This document shows, piece after piece, positions 51,201 through 59,098 of a stretch of 64,000 bases of DNA. The first letter of the stretch is position 1. Every line of letters starts with the position of its first letter. The DNA comes from Acidimicrobiales bacterium (GTDB lineage Bacteria; Actinomycetota; Acidimicrobiia; Acidimicrobiales; SZUA-35). The translations under genes and the position numbers were made by a program. The notes beneath the pieces were generated by a model. The model had not been told where the DNA came from. It did no database searches and saw only the letters and a program-made list of their open reading frames with translations. Where the stretch lies: assembly GCA_028285495.1 (NCBI GenBank), contig JANQPB010000014.1:213704-277703 (forward strand), written 5' to 3'.

Positions 51201-51878
51201 ACGGGAACGTTGCACGTCCGGTCGATCGATCGAGCCGGCAATGTCGAGGCGCCGGCTCAGGTCCTCAGCCTGAGTCTGGATCTCTGCCAATCGCCGACGA
51301 TCGTGGCCGATGGCAGCGCGATCGTGATCGGCACCGAGGGTGACGACGTGATTCTCGGGACCGACGGTCCCGAGCGGATCGAGGGTCTCGGCGGCAACGA
51401 CGTGATCTGCGGCGAAGGCGGCAACGACGTGATCTACGGCGGCCCGGGGGACGACGTGCTCGACGGCGGCGCCAACAGCGATCGTGTGTTCGGCGGCGGT
51501 GGCGACGACGTCATCACCGATCCGAGCGGCCAGAACCTGCTTCACGGCCAGGGCGGCAACGACGTGATCAGCGGCGGCGGCAGCATCGACCTGATCTTCG
51601 GAGCGGGTGGCCGCGACGTCCTGAAGGGCTTCGCCGGCGACGACGTCATCGACGGTGGCCGGGGCGGCGACACGATCGACGGCGGCGCCGGCGACGATCG
51701 GCTGAGCGGCGGCCCCGGGAACGACCGGGTGCGGGACGCCGCGGGCGACGATCGGCTCGACGGCAACGGCGGCAACGACCGCCTCACCGACCTGCAGGGC
51801 ACGAACCGTCACGACGGTGGCGACGGCAACGATCGCTGCCGGACCGGCGCAACGGACGTCGTCGTCAACTGCGAGTGA
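48264..51878 (+). CDS. Large secreted lipase/acyltransferase (LCAT/PGAP1-like) with C-terminal RTX Ca2+-binding repeats
   Basis: Sec signal peptide, VVLHGITGS, FDWRL, AHSQGG, GTPYLGSP, GDGTVP, many GGxGxD nonapeptides. Confidence 0.82.
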   Translation: MNLWRRILIAGLALVAVSATSAASAQPPADESPTPGTAPAAPRTASAATTAQAAILPAEPVRPFITATGSVSVSVDAIGTNSPNGGLVTVEKPPGATVRQAFLLAATTGFTQQVPQDGDINLGGVDISWDAGRTMANGISSFNAFANVTGNVKNAIDAAAAGPVNFRITEAVPSRYDGAILAVIFDDPSIEVPTTAILAYGAQQVTGDRIRLARPAEIPTEDVEVRLGVGISYGFQPAPNVPQDSRINVNGIRLTSSAGGQDDGEGQNGALITVGGVGDDLANPTDPFADGNSPGCPRCDDEYYDLQPFLSAELVDELELTTQNPSADDNFFFAALEVVGATATWTSSFAGPSPLVVLHGITGSYLEDADGNEIWPDEGQTADKFEDNHLDVLALDENGVDPADPNDQISVSTSRGIDGLIGQSELCTPIFCKNIGDAYNLTFNLLEDEGYERGEDLFPFAFDWRLSTKTNGDLLIDFIDEILAETGASSVNILAHSQGGLVTRNAVESPRSVGKVDRVVTFGTPYLGSPKFVGVLDYREPCQAEVPFGGPGCFLARAKAQELATNWPGALELLPSRAFFDTYGSVINRDVDDDGDGTVEGLLPFDDFRDTLADRNLTLIDAATALHQTIDPWDPADDRVELLRLAGTGETTILRIRQFQKEDCLFSWFRNCELVEAFEFEHGDGDGTVPTSSASLIGDGLDLSGDARVCYISGPGAAHGKLPQRELAMGIALDWVEDGEYTCGQEASRFAATTQAASRAAAAAPATTTASSEPARLTATELVARGPITGYVERLGTEGAEVMGLVPDGDDRIEINSVVNGSYYTAPESVSYSFNGAGDYLARWEMVDDGEFALLLRTYDGGIASVRSVLPIRLPAGATMTLALSHPSPTSVVLRIDENGDGTVDRELPVEDEVVDSAAQDTIAPTSTVTLIPVTGDPGSVEVEITAVDLGGSGVGVIEYALEPEGISAVYEGPFTVPATGTLHVRSIDRAGNVEAPAQVLSLSLDLCQSPTIVADGSAIVIGTEGDDVILGTDGPERIEGLGGNDVICGEGGNDVIYGGPGDDVLDGGANSDRVFGGGGDDVITDPSGQNLLHGQGGNDVISGGGSIDLIFGAGGRDVLKGFAGDDVIDGGRGGDTIDGGAGDDRLSGGPGNDRVRDAAGDDRLDGNGGNDRLTDLQGTNRHDGGDGNDRCRTGATDVVVNCE

Positions 51879-51989
51879 TGGCCCGCACCGCCGAGGCGAA
51901 ATGCTGATCACGCACGGACGGCGCCGACCTGCGGTCGGCCGAGTTGCCCGCGTCGGCCGCCGCGGCCGATCGTCCTCGGCCGGGAGCCC

Positions 51990-52210
51990 TCAGGCGAGGA
52001 CGGGAATCGGGACGCGGTCGTCGGCGATGGCGACGTTCTTGGTCTCCATGTAGACGTCGAAGCTCCGGTCACCGCCGTCGCGGCCGATGCCGCTGCGCTT
52101 GGTCCCGCCGGACGGGGTCGGCCCTCGATCAGGTGCGGGGTCGGTGCCTCGGCGAAGCGGGTGCGGTCGGCGGCGGCCAGGTTCTCCTCGACGCCGACTT
52201 CGGTTGGCAT
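51990..52210 (-). pseudogene. hpaE: hpaE (carboxymethyl-hydroxymuconate semialdehyde dehydrogenase) with large internal deletion
   Basis: N-terminus EENLAAA..RF...HLIEG fused out of frame to ALDH C-terminus PTPSGGTKRSGIGRDGG..SFDVYMETKNVAIA; divergent from hpaR. Confidence 0.72.
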
Positions 52211-52241
52211 CGTGCCGTTCCTCGCTGGTCGACATCGACAC

Positions 52242-52280
52242 TTGTTAACATGTACAGCAATCGATTAACATGTGTAACAT
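52242..52280. promoter_or_regulatory. Probable HpaR operators / divergent promoter
   Basis: AT-rich TTGTTAACATGTACAGCAA and ATTAACATGTGTAAC; TTAACATGT occurs twice. Confidence 0.65.
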
Positions 52281-52781
52281 ATGACGGAAGCCGACTTCGC
52301 CATGCGGGGCTTCGACCGCTCGCTGCCGATGGTCCTGCTGCGGGCCCGAGAGGCGGCGATGGGTCTGTTCCGGCCGATGCTGGCCGAGTACGGACTCACC
52401 GAGCAGCAGTGGCGGGTCCTGCGGACGCTGGCCTCCGATCGGGCCCCGATGGACGCCGGCCAGCTGGCGGACACCACGTTCCTCCTCGCCCCGAGCCTGT
52501 CCCGGATCCTGGCCGGCCTGGAGCGGCAGTCGCTCATCACCAGGGAGACCTCGCCGGACGACGGGCGCCGCGTCGTCCTCTCCCTGTCGCCACCGGGGCG
52601 CGACCTGGTCGCCCGCATCGCACCGCACTCCGAGGCCGTCTACGAGGAGCTGGAGGAGCGCTACGGCCTCGAGCGCCTCCAGGCGCTGATCGTCGAGCTC
52701 AACGCACTCTGCGAAGTCGGCCCGTCGATCGCCGACCGCAACGGCCGTCGACGCCGCACCCCCGAACAACAGCAGACCTGA
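52281..52781 (+). CDS. hpaR: Homoprotocatechuate degradation regulator HpaR (MarR family)
   Basis: RSLPMVLLRAREAAMGLFRPML...LTEQQWRVLR...LLAPSLSRIL. Confidence 0.88.
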   Translation: MTEADFAMRGFDRSLPMVLLRAREAAMGLFRPMLAEYGLTEQQWRVLRTLASDRAPMDAGQLADTTFLLAPSLSRILAGLERQSLITRETSPDDGRRVVLSLSPPGRDLVARIAPHSEAVYEELEERYGLERLQALIVELNALCEVGPSIADRNGRRRRTPEQQQT

Positions 52782-52801
52782 CCGACCCAAGGAGGAGCGA
52801 C

Positions 52802-53680
52802 ATGGGCGAGATCGTCCTGGCCGCCAAGATCACCCACGTCCCGTCGATGTTCATCTCGGAGCAGCCCGGCCCCCACCACGGTTGCCGGCAGGCGGCCATC
52901 GACGGCCACCACGAGATCGGTCGCCGAGCCCGGGCCGCGGGGGCCGACACCTTCGTCGTCATCGACACCCACTGGCTGGCCAACTCCGGCTACCACCTCA
53001 ATGCCAACCCGGTCCATGCCGGCACCTACACCAGCACCGAGTTCCCTCAGCTGATCAAGGGCCTCGAGTTCCACCACCCCGGAGCCACCGACCTCGGCCA
53101 CGCCGTCGCCGAGCTGGCCACCGCTCGGGGCGTCCGCACCATGGCCCACGACGACGTGCCCTCGCTCGGCCTGGAATACGGGACCCTGGTGCCGATGCGG
53201 TACATGAACGCCGAGGACCAGCTCGACGTGCTGTCGATCTCGGGGTGGCTCAACGACGCCACGTTCGACGAGTCCCGGATCGTCGGCGAGGCGATCCGCG
53301 ATGCGGTGGTCGCGAGCGACCGCCGGGTGGCGCTGCTCGCCTCGGGCTCGCTGTCGCACCGGATCTGGCCGAACGCCGAGACCGCCGCCGGCATGTTCGA
53401 GGTCAGCCGGCCCTTCAACGAGCACGTCGACAAGATGGTCCTCGATCTCTGGACCGCCGGTCGCATCGGCGAGTTCATCGCCCTGCTCCCCGACTACGCC
53501 GACCACTGCTCCGGTGAGGGCAACATGCACGACACCGCCATGCTGCTCGGCGCCCTCGGTTGGGATCGCTACGACCGCCCGGCCGAGATCATCACCGACT
53601 GGTTCCCCTCGTCCGGCACCGGCCAGTGCAACGTCGTCTTCCCCGTCCCGACGCCGGCCCCGACCCGAGTCCCGGCCTGA
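52802..53680 (+). CDS. hpaD: 3,4-dihydroxyphenylacetate 2,3-dioxygenase (LigB-type)
   Basis: MGEIVLAAKITHVPSM, DTHW, LEYGTLVPMRYMN, SGSLSHR, SSGTGQ; AGGAGG RBS. Confidence 0.92.
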   Translation: MGEIVLAAKITHVPSMFISEQPGPHHGCRQAAIDGHHEIGRRARAAGADTFVVIDTHWLANSGYHLNANPVHAGTYTSTEFPQLIKGLEFHHPGATDLGHAVAELATARGVRTMAHDDVPSLGLEYGTLVPMRYMNAEDQLDVLSISGWLNDATFDESRIVGEAIRDAVVASDRRVALLASGSLSHRIWPNAETAAGMFEVSRPFNEHVDKMVLDLWTAGRIGEFIALLPDYADHCSGEGNMHDTAMLLGALGWDRYDRPAEIITDWFPSSGTGQCNVVFPVPTPAPTRVPA

Positions 53681-53708
53681 GCCGGCCGCCTCGATCCAGG
53701 AGCGCACC

Positions 53709-54986
53709 ATGCCCGATCCCTACCATCACCTCAGGACCGCACCCGAGCGCCCTCCGTCCGGGTGCCCGATCGACCACTCGTTCACACCGCTGATGGACGC
53801 CTACGTCGCCGACCCCTACCCGCTGGCCAACGAGCTCCGTGAGGAGCGCCCGGTCGTCTACGCCGAGCCGCTCGGGTTCGTGGTCGTGACCCGGATGGAC
53901 GACGTCCAGGAGGTGTTCCTCAACCCCGACGTCTACTCGTCGGCCAACGTCCAGGACCCGGTGTTCCCGATCTGCGAGGAGGCGGCTGCGATCCTGGCCG
54001 CCGACGACTTCGACCCGGTCGCGGTCATGTCCAACCGCCAGGAGCCCGACCACGGTCGGATCCGGCAGTTCACCAAGAAGGGGTTCTCCAACCGGCGGAG
54101 CAAGACCCTCGAGCCCTACATCCGTCGCCGGACCGACGAGCTCATCGACGACCTGGTGGCCGGCGGTCCGCCGGCCGACGTGATCGCCGGCCTGGCCTAC
54201 CCGCTGCCCGGCGAGGTCATCTTCCGGTTCATGGGCTTCCCCGAGGCCGACGACGAGCAGCTGAAGGAGTGGTGCGCCGACCGGCTGGCCTTCTCGTGGG
54301 GGCAGCCGAGCCAGGAGGAGCAGGTGGCCATCGCCCACAAGATGCTGGCCTACTGGCGCTATGTGCGGGAGTTCACGGCGGCCAAGCGCGAGGACCCCGG
54401 CGACGACTTCGCCTCGGAGCTGCTGGCCGACCACGAGGCCAACCCCGAGCTGTTGAGCTACCGGGAGGTCGAGTCGATCCTCTACGGACTGTCCTTCGCC
54501 GGCCACGAGCCGGTGACCCTGCTGCTCGGCAATGCCCTCCGGGCGCTGCTGGCCAGGCGGGACGACTGGCAGGCGCTGTGCGACGACCCCGAGCGGGTCG
54601 GCGGGGCCCTGGAGGAGGTCATCCGCTGGGATTCACCGCAGATCGGCTGGCGGCGCATCACGACCCGCGACACCACGCTGGCCGGGGTCGACATCCCGGC
54701 CGGCACCCAGGTGTTCCTCAATCTGGCCGCGGCGAATCACGACCCTCGCCAGTTCGACGATCCCGAGCCGTTCGACATCGACCGGGCCGACAGCCGCAAC
54801 AACATCTCGTTCGGCAAGGGCAACCACTACTGCCTCGGGGCCAAGTTCGCCCGCTTCGAGGCCCGGGTGGTGCTCGAGATCCTCACCCGTCGGATCCCCA
54901 CCCTCGAGCTCGTCCCCGACCAACCGTTCGACCCCTTCCCCAACATCAGCTTCCGGGGGCCGAGCCGGCTGCTGGTCAGCTGGTAG
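53709..54986 (+). CDS. Cytochrome P450
   Basis: FGKGNHYCLG heme motif, EEVIR (ExxR), I-helix AGHEP. Confidence 0.93.
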   Translation: MPDPYHHLRTAPERPPSGCPIDHSFTPLMDAYVADPYPLANELREERPVVYAEPLGFVVVTRMDDVQEVFLNPDVYSSANVQDPVFPICEEAAAILAADDFDPVAVMSNRQEPDHGRIRQFTKKGFSNRRSKTLEPYIRRRTDELIDDLVAGGPPADVIAGLAYPLPGEVIFRFMGFPEADDEQLKEWCADRLAFSWGQPSQEEQVAIAHKMLAYWRYVREFTAAKREDPGDDFASELLADHEANPELLSYREVESILYGLSFAGHEPVTLLLGNALRALLARRDDWQALCDDPERVGGALEEVIRWDSPQIGWRRITTRDTTLAGVDIPAGTQVFLNLAAANHDPRQFDDPEPFDIDRADSRNNISFGKGNHYCLGAKFARFEARVVLEILTRRIPTLELVPDQPFDPFPNISFRGPSRLLVSW

Positions 54987-55058
54987 TCCTCGCCAGCGAC
55001 CGACCGCTCCGGGCATGGTCGTTCCTGCTGGTCCGGCCCCGGCGCCGACCCATCCGGC

Positions 55059-55457
55059 TCAGTCGGTCGCGAGCGGTTCGGACTCGGGTCCTCCGTAGAG
55101 CCACTTCGTCGGGGTGATCTCCCAGAGGACGACGGTGCCGACGTCGGGGTCGTCTGCAATCGTGATGTCCCAGCCGTACTTGGCCATGAACGCGTCGACG
55201 ACGTCGTCCGGTCGTTCGCGCTGATGGACGGTGACGGTGCCCTCGGCCACCACCGGATCGTCGCCGTCCTGGAGCGAGACCGACACGGCCGGGTTGTCGA
55301 GCGCGTTGCGTGTCTTGACGTTGTCCCGGCCGGTGCCGATCCAGAATCGACCGCGCCGATACACGAACCAGATCGGGGTGAGGTGGGGTCGACCATCGGG
55401 TCGGGCGGTGGCCAGCCAGACGTTCCGTTCGCGGTCGAGTCGGTCGGTCGTGGTCAT
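55059..55457 (-). CDS. Pyridoxamine 5'-phosphate oxidase-family (PPOX) protein
   Basis: WLATARPDGRPHLTPIWF, KTRN..NP.V. Confidence 0.82.
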   Translation of the reverse strand: MTTTDRLDRERNVWLATARPDGRPHLTPIWFVYRRGRFWIGTGRDNVKTRNALDNPAVSVSLQDGDDPVVAEGTVTVHQRERPDDVVDAFMAKYGWDITIADDPDVGTVVLWEITPTKWLYGGPESEPLATD

Positions 55458-55617
55458 CGTCACCCTCCGGGGTCGCCCGTCGCAGGCGAGTCGATCTCGT
55501 CGATGCACACGCTGCCGGATCGGGCGACGACGAGGGCGACCGACCGGCGGAGCTCCGACCGCGATCCAAGGCTAGGGCCGTCGGCCGGCCGCTCGGACCG
55601 GCGGCGAGGAACGCGGC

Positions 55618-55821
55618 CTACCTGGTCCTGGCGTTGTGCCAGGCCTCGATGGCGGGCCGGAGCCAGAGGCTGGGGCGGCCCCGTCCGAGGCTGACGACCG
55701 GCCGGGGCATGTCGGGATAGCGCCGCTGGTAGAGGCTCACGCTGTTGGCGTGGGACAGACCGAGGATCTCTGCGATCCCGCGGGCGTCGGTGAGATCCTC
55801 GGTGTTGACCATCGGCGACAT
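55618..55821 (-). CDS. Small AlpA/excisionase-like HTH DNA-binding protein
   Basis: DL.DARGIAEILGL....VS.Y..R..DMPRPV......LW....IEAW; TAGACT -10 six nt upstream. Confidence 0.7.
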   Translation of the reverse strand: MSPMVNTEDLTDARGIAEILGLSHANSVSLYQRRYPDMPRPVVSLGRGRPSLWLRPAIEAWHNARTR

Positions 55822-55836
55822 GAGCGAAGTCTAGCT

Positions 55837-55875
55837 TGTCTCCGCCCGTAGACAATCATGTCTCCACCCGTAGAC
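55837..55875. promoter_or_regulatory. Two 17-bp direct repeats with palindromic ends (operator-like)
   Basis: TGTCTCCGCCCGTAGAC (55837) and TGTCTCCACCCGTAGAC (55859), 22-bp period, GTCT-N8-AGAC. Confidence 0.75.
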
Positions 55876-55882
55876 TGCACGC

Positions 55883-56875
55883 ATGGAACGAATCCGGTCC
55901 AACAGCCCGTGCTGGTGCGGAGCGAACGCGAAGTACAAGCGCTGCCACGGCGACCGACGACTGCTGCGGCGCGATCGCGTCCAGATCGGCGCCGTCGGCC
56001 CTCCGCGCCCGGTCCCCGACCACATCGAGCGGCCCGACTACGTCATCACCGGAACCGTTGGCACCCCTCGCAGCTACCAGATCCAGGACGACGAATCGCT
56101 GCCTCGGCTCCGGCGGGCCTGCCGGGTCGCCGCCGAGGTCTTGCAGGAGGCCGGCCGAGCGGTCGCCCCGGGGGTCACCACCGACGAGATCGACGCCATC
56201 GCCCACCGGGCCTACATCGAGCGGGGCGCCTATCCGAGCGACCTGCACTACAAGGGCTTCCCCAAGTCGGTGTGCACGTCCGTCAACGGCGTGATCTGCC
56301 ACGGCGTGCCAGACGACCGCCCCCTCGACGACGGCGACATCGTGAACGTCGACGTCACCGCCTACGTCGAGGGCATGCACGGCGACACCTCCGCCACCTT
56401 CGTCGTCGGCGCCGTCGACGAACCGACCCGAGCCCTGGTCGAGACCACCAGGCAGGCGACGCTCCGCGGCATCGACGCCGTGCGACCGGGCGAGCCCATC
56501 CGCCGGATCGGCGAGGCCATCGAGCCCTTCGCCCGATCTCGGGGCTTCACCGTGGTCCGCGAGTACGGAGGACACGGCATCGGCGCCACCTTCCACGCCG
56601 CCCCCCAGGTCCACCACCACATCGCGCGGCACGACACCGAGCGGTTCCAGGTCGGGATGAGCTTCACCGTCGAGCCAATGCTGCTCTCGGGCGGCACCTC
56701 GTTCACCCAGGCCGACGACGGGTGGACCGAACGCATCGACGACGACATGCCATCGGCCCAGTTCGAGCACACCGTCCTCGTCACCGAGGCCGGCGCCGAG
56801 ATCCTCACCGTCACCGCAGACGGAATCGGCGCAACGAGCCGCACCTCCGTCGCGGTGCCGGCACCGCCGGCCTGA
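55883..56875 (+). CDS. map: Type I methionine aminopeptidase with N-terminal SEC-C motif
   Basis: NSPCWCG...KYKRCHG; CTSVNGVICHGVP, DVT, HGDTS, GHGIG, FTVEPM, SAQFEHT. Confidence 0.92.
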   Translation: MERIRSNSPCWCGANAKYKRCHGDRRLLRRDRVQIGAVGPPRPVPDHIERPDYVITGTVGTPRSYQIQDDESLPRLRRACRVAAEVLQEAGRAVAPGVTTDEIDAIAHRAYIERGAYPSDLHYKGFPKSVCTSVNGVICHGVPDDRPLDDGDIVNVDVTAYVEGMHGDTSATFVVGAVDEPTRALVETTRQATLRGIDAVRPGEPIRRIGEAIEPFARSRGFTVVREYGGHGIGATFHAAPQVHHHIARHDTERFQVGMSFTVEPMLLSGGTSFTQADDGWTERIDDDMPSAQFEHTVLVTEAGAEILTVTADGIGATSRTSVAVPAPPA

Positions 56876-56898
56876 CCATCGCCGGATCCGGACTGCGC

Positions 56899-56932
56899 GT
56901 CAACGGCCGTCCACGACGGGACGGCCGTTGAC
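56899..56932. terminator. Hairpin between convergent genes
   Basis: GTCAACGGCCGTCC-acgacg-GGACGGCCGTTGAC, 14-bp perfect stem. Confidence 0.7.
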
Positions 56933-56941
56933 ACCGAGCAC

Positions 56942-57694
56942 TCAGGCGTCCGGGGAGCTCCCGACGTCCTGGCCGTCGCCGCCGGAGGCACCCGAGGTCT
57001 CGAACTGTCCCGAGAGCCCGTCGTACACGCGGGGCCAGAAGCGGTCCCGGGCAGCCCAGATGCCGCCGACGCCGAACTTGATGACCAGGATGAGGCTGAG
57101 GCTGGCGAAGATCGCGGTCGTGACGGTGTCGACGAGATCGCTGGCGACCTGCGCCTGGTCGAGGGCGGCGAGCCCGAACAGGAGCCAGATGCCGATGCCG
57201 GCCGCGTTCGTGACGAAGTTGGAGTACGACTGCCCGGCGGTGATCCCGCTGACGATGTCTCGGACGACGTTGGCCACGATGCCGCCGACGACGACCAGGA
57301 CGAGGGCGACCAGGGCCTTCGGAATCCACTCGATCAGCTCGTCGAACGGTTCGTTGAGGGCGAGGATGTCGAGGGCACCGAAGGCCAGCTTCAACACGAG
57401 CAGCATGACCGTGTAGTAGATGATCTTGGCCACGAATCGTCCGCTGTCGGCGTAACCCGCACGCTCGAGTGGCGCGCCGAGACCCGCCCGATCGAGGTAC
57501 CGGTCGAGGTCGATGGCGGTGAACAGCCGACCGGCGAGACGTTCGATGAACCGGGCCACCCACCAGCCGATCAGCAGGATCAACAGGAAGCCGATCAGGT
57601 TCGGCAGGAAGCCGAACAATTGACTGAAGAAGTCGGTGATGCCCGTCTGTATCGAGTCGACGACATCGATGCCGTCCTGCGCGAGAACGCCCAT
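56942..57694 (-). CDS. TM-helix repeat / CmpX-like mechanosensitive channel-associated membrane protein
   Basis: FLPNLIG.LLILLIGW.VA, WIPKALVA, AALDQ, FGVGG. Confidence 0.75.
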   Translation of the reverse strand: MGVLAQDGIDVVDSIQTGITDFFSQLFGFLPNLIGFLLILLIGWWVARFIERLAGRLFTAIDLDRYLDRAGLGAPLERAGYADSGRFVAKIIYYTVMLLVLKLAFGALDILALNEPFDELIEWIPKALVALVLVVVGGIVANVVRDIVSGITAGQSYSNFVTNAAGIGIWLLFGLAALDQAQVASDLVDTVTTAIFASLSLILVIKFGVGGIWAARDRFWPRVYDGLSGQFETSGASGGDGQDVGSSPDA

Positions 57695-57910
57695 TGCTTT
57701 CCCCCTACTGGTTCGCGGATGGTCACCCACCCTGCGGGCTCCCCGGCCCGCTTGGCTGGCAGTCTTCCACGTCGCCGTCGGGCCGACGCGGATGTGATGC
57801 CGGCCCCGTCGGATGGTGACCGACCGCGCCGATGTTTTGCGTCGGTCCTGCTGGGTATGTCTCGTTCGAGAGCGGATGACGGACACCGCTTCGACGAAGG
57901 GATTGGTCCC

Positions 57911-58297
57911 ATGAAGACCATCGGTCACCTGGCCCAGGCGGGCGCCGCTCTGTGGATCTACAACGTGTGGTTCCACCGATTCGACAAGGACACCGGTTAT
58001 CGCGGTGGCAACGCCACCAACATGCGCGAAGAGTTCGAGGAGTACGGTCTCTCCGAGACGACCATGTACACCGTCGGTGCGATCAAGGTCGGACTGGCCA
58101 GCCTGATGCTGGTCGGCCTGTTCGTGCCGAAGGTGGCCAGGCCGGCCTCGGCATCGCTCGCGGCGATGATGCTCGGCGCCGTCGGCATGCACGCCAAGGT
58201 CGGCGATCCGGTCAAGCGGGCGCTGCCCGCGCTGTCGGTGCTCACCGGGGCCGCCGTGGCCGCCGTGGCCGACGGCACACGATCCGCCGCCCGATAG
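57911..58297 (+). CDS. DoxX-family membrane protein
   Basis: YRGGNATNMREEF..YGL, MLGAVGMH.KVGDP. Confidence 0.82.
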   Translation: MKTIGHLAQAGAALWIYNVWFHRFDKDTGYRGGNATNMREEFEEYGLSETTMYTVGAIKVGLASLMLVGLFVPKVARPASASLAAMMLGAVGMHAKVGDPVKRALPALSVLTGAAVAAVADGTRSAAR

Positions 58298-58414
58298 CGC
58301 CAGGGGCCGAACCGGCCCCCATCACCCGGCAACCATTGTTGTGGCTGCTGCTAGCATCGGCGTTCTGGTGAGAGAGCGTGGCGGCGATCGTGGATCCGAG
58401 ACCGTGGATTCGTA

Positions 58415-59098
58415 GTGCTTGGCTACAAGGATCAGTCGACCGACCCCGCTGACGACGACGTCGAGCCGGAGCCGGAGCCCGAGTCGGACACCGACGACTC
58501 GGACCCCGAGCCCGATGGCGTCATCACGGGCCCGGTCCCCGCCTCCACCCGCTCCCCCCACCCGCTCGACGACGTCGCCCGCGACCTGGAGTCCCGCACC
58601 CCGGCGATCTTCGAGCACCTCTACGATCTGATGGCCGACCGCATGTTCCGGCTCGCCCTCCGCATGCTCGGCGACTTCCACGAGGCCCAGGATGCGGTGC
58701 AGCAGGCGTTCCTCGAGCTCGCCCGCACCGACGAGCTGCCAGCCGAGGGCCGGAGCCTGCAGGCCTGGCTGTACGCCAGCGTCCGCTTCAACTGCCTCGA
58801 CATCCAGCGCTACCGGGGCCGGCGACCGGCGGTGCCGTTCGCACAGATCCCCGAGACGGTCAACGAGCCCCCCGACTACGACCTCGGGCTCGACCCGAGC
58901 CTCGAGGCCGCGCTGGCGCTCCTGACCCCCGATCAGCGCCTCGTCATCCACCTCAAGCACGTCGAGGGGCTCGACGGTAACGAGATCGCGGAGGTCATCG
59001 ACTCGACCAGGGCTGCGGTCTACGCCATGGCGGCCAGGGCCGAGCGGCGCCTGCGCCACTACCTGGAGCTTCGCTCCAAGTCGGGACGGCCGGCATGA
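58415..59098 (+). CDS. ECF RNA polymerase sigma factor
   Basis: AQDAVQQAF, WLY..VR..CLD, LTPDQRLVIHLK..EGL...EIAEV; start uncertain. Confidence 0.88.
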   Translation: MLGYKDQSTDPADDDVEPEPEPESDTDDSDPEPDGVITGPVPASTRSPHPLDDVARDLESRTPAIFEHLYDLMADRMFRLALRMLGDFHEAQDAVQQAFLELARTDELPAEGRSLQAWLYASVRFNCLDIQRYRGRRPAVPFAQIPETVNEPPDYDLGLDPSLEAALALLTPDQRLVIHLKHVEGLDGNEIAEVIDSTRAAVYAMAARAERRLRHYLELRSKSGRPA

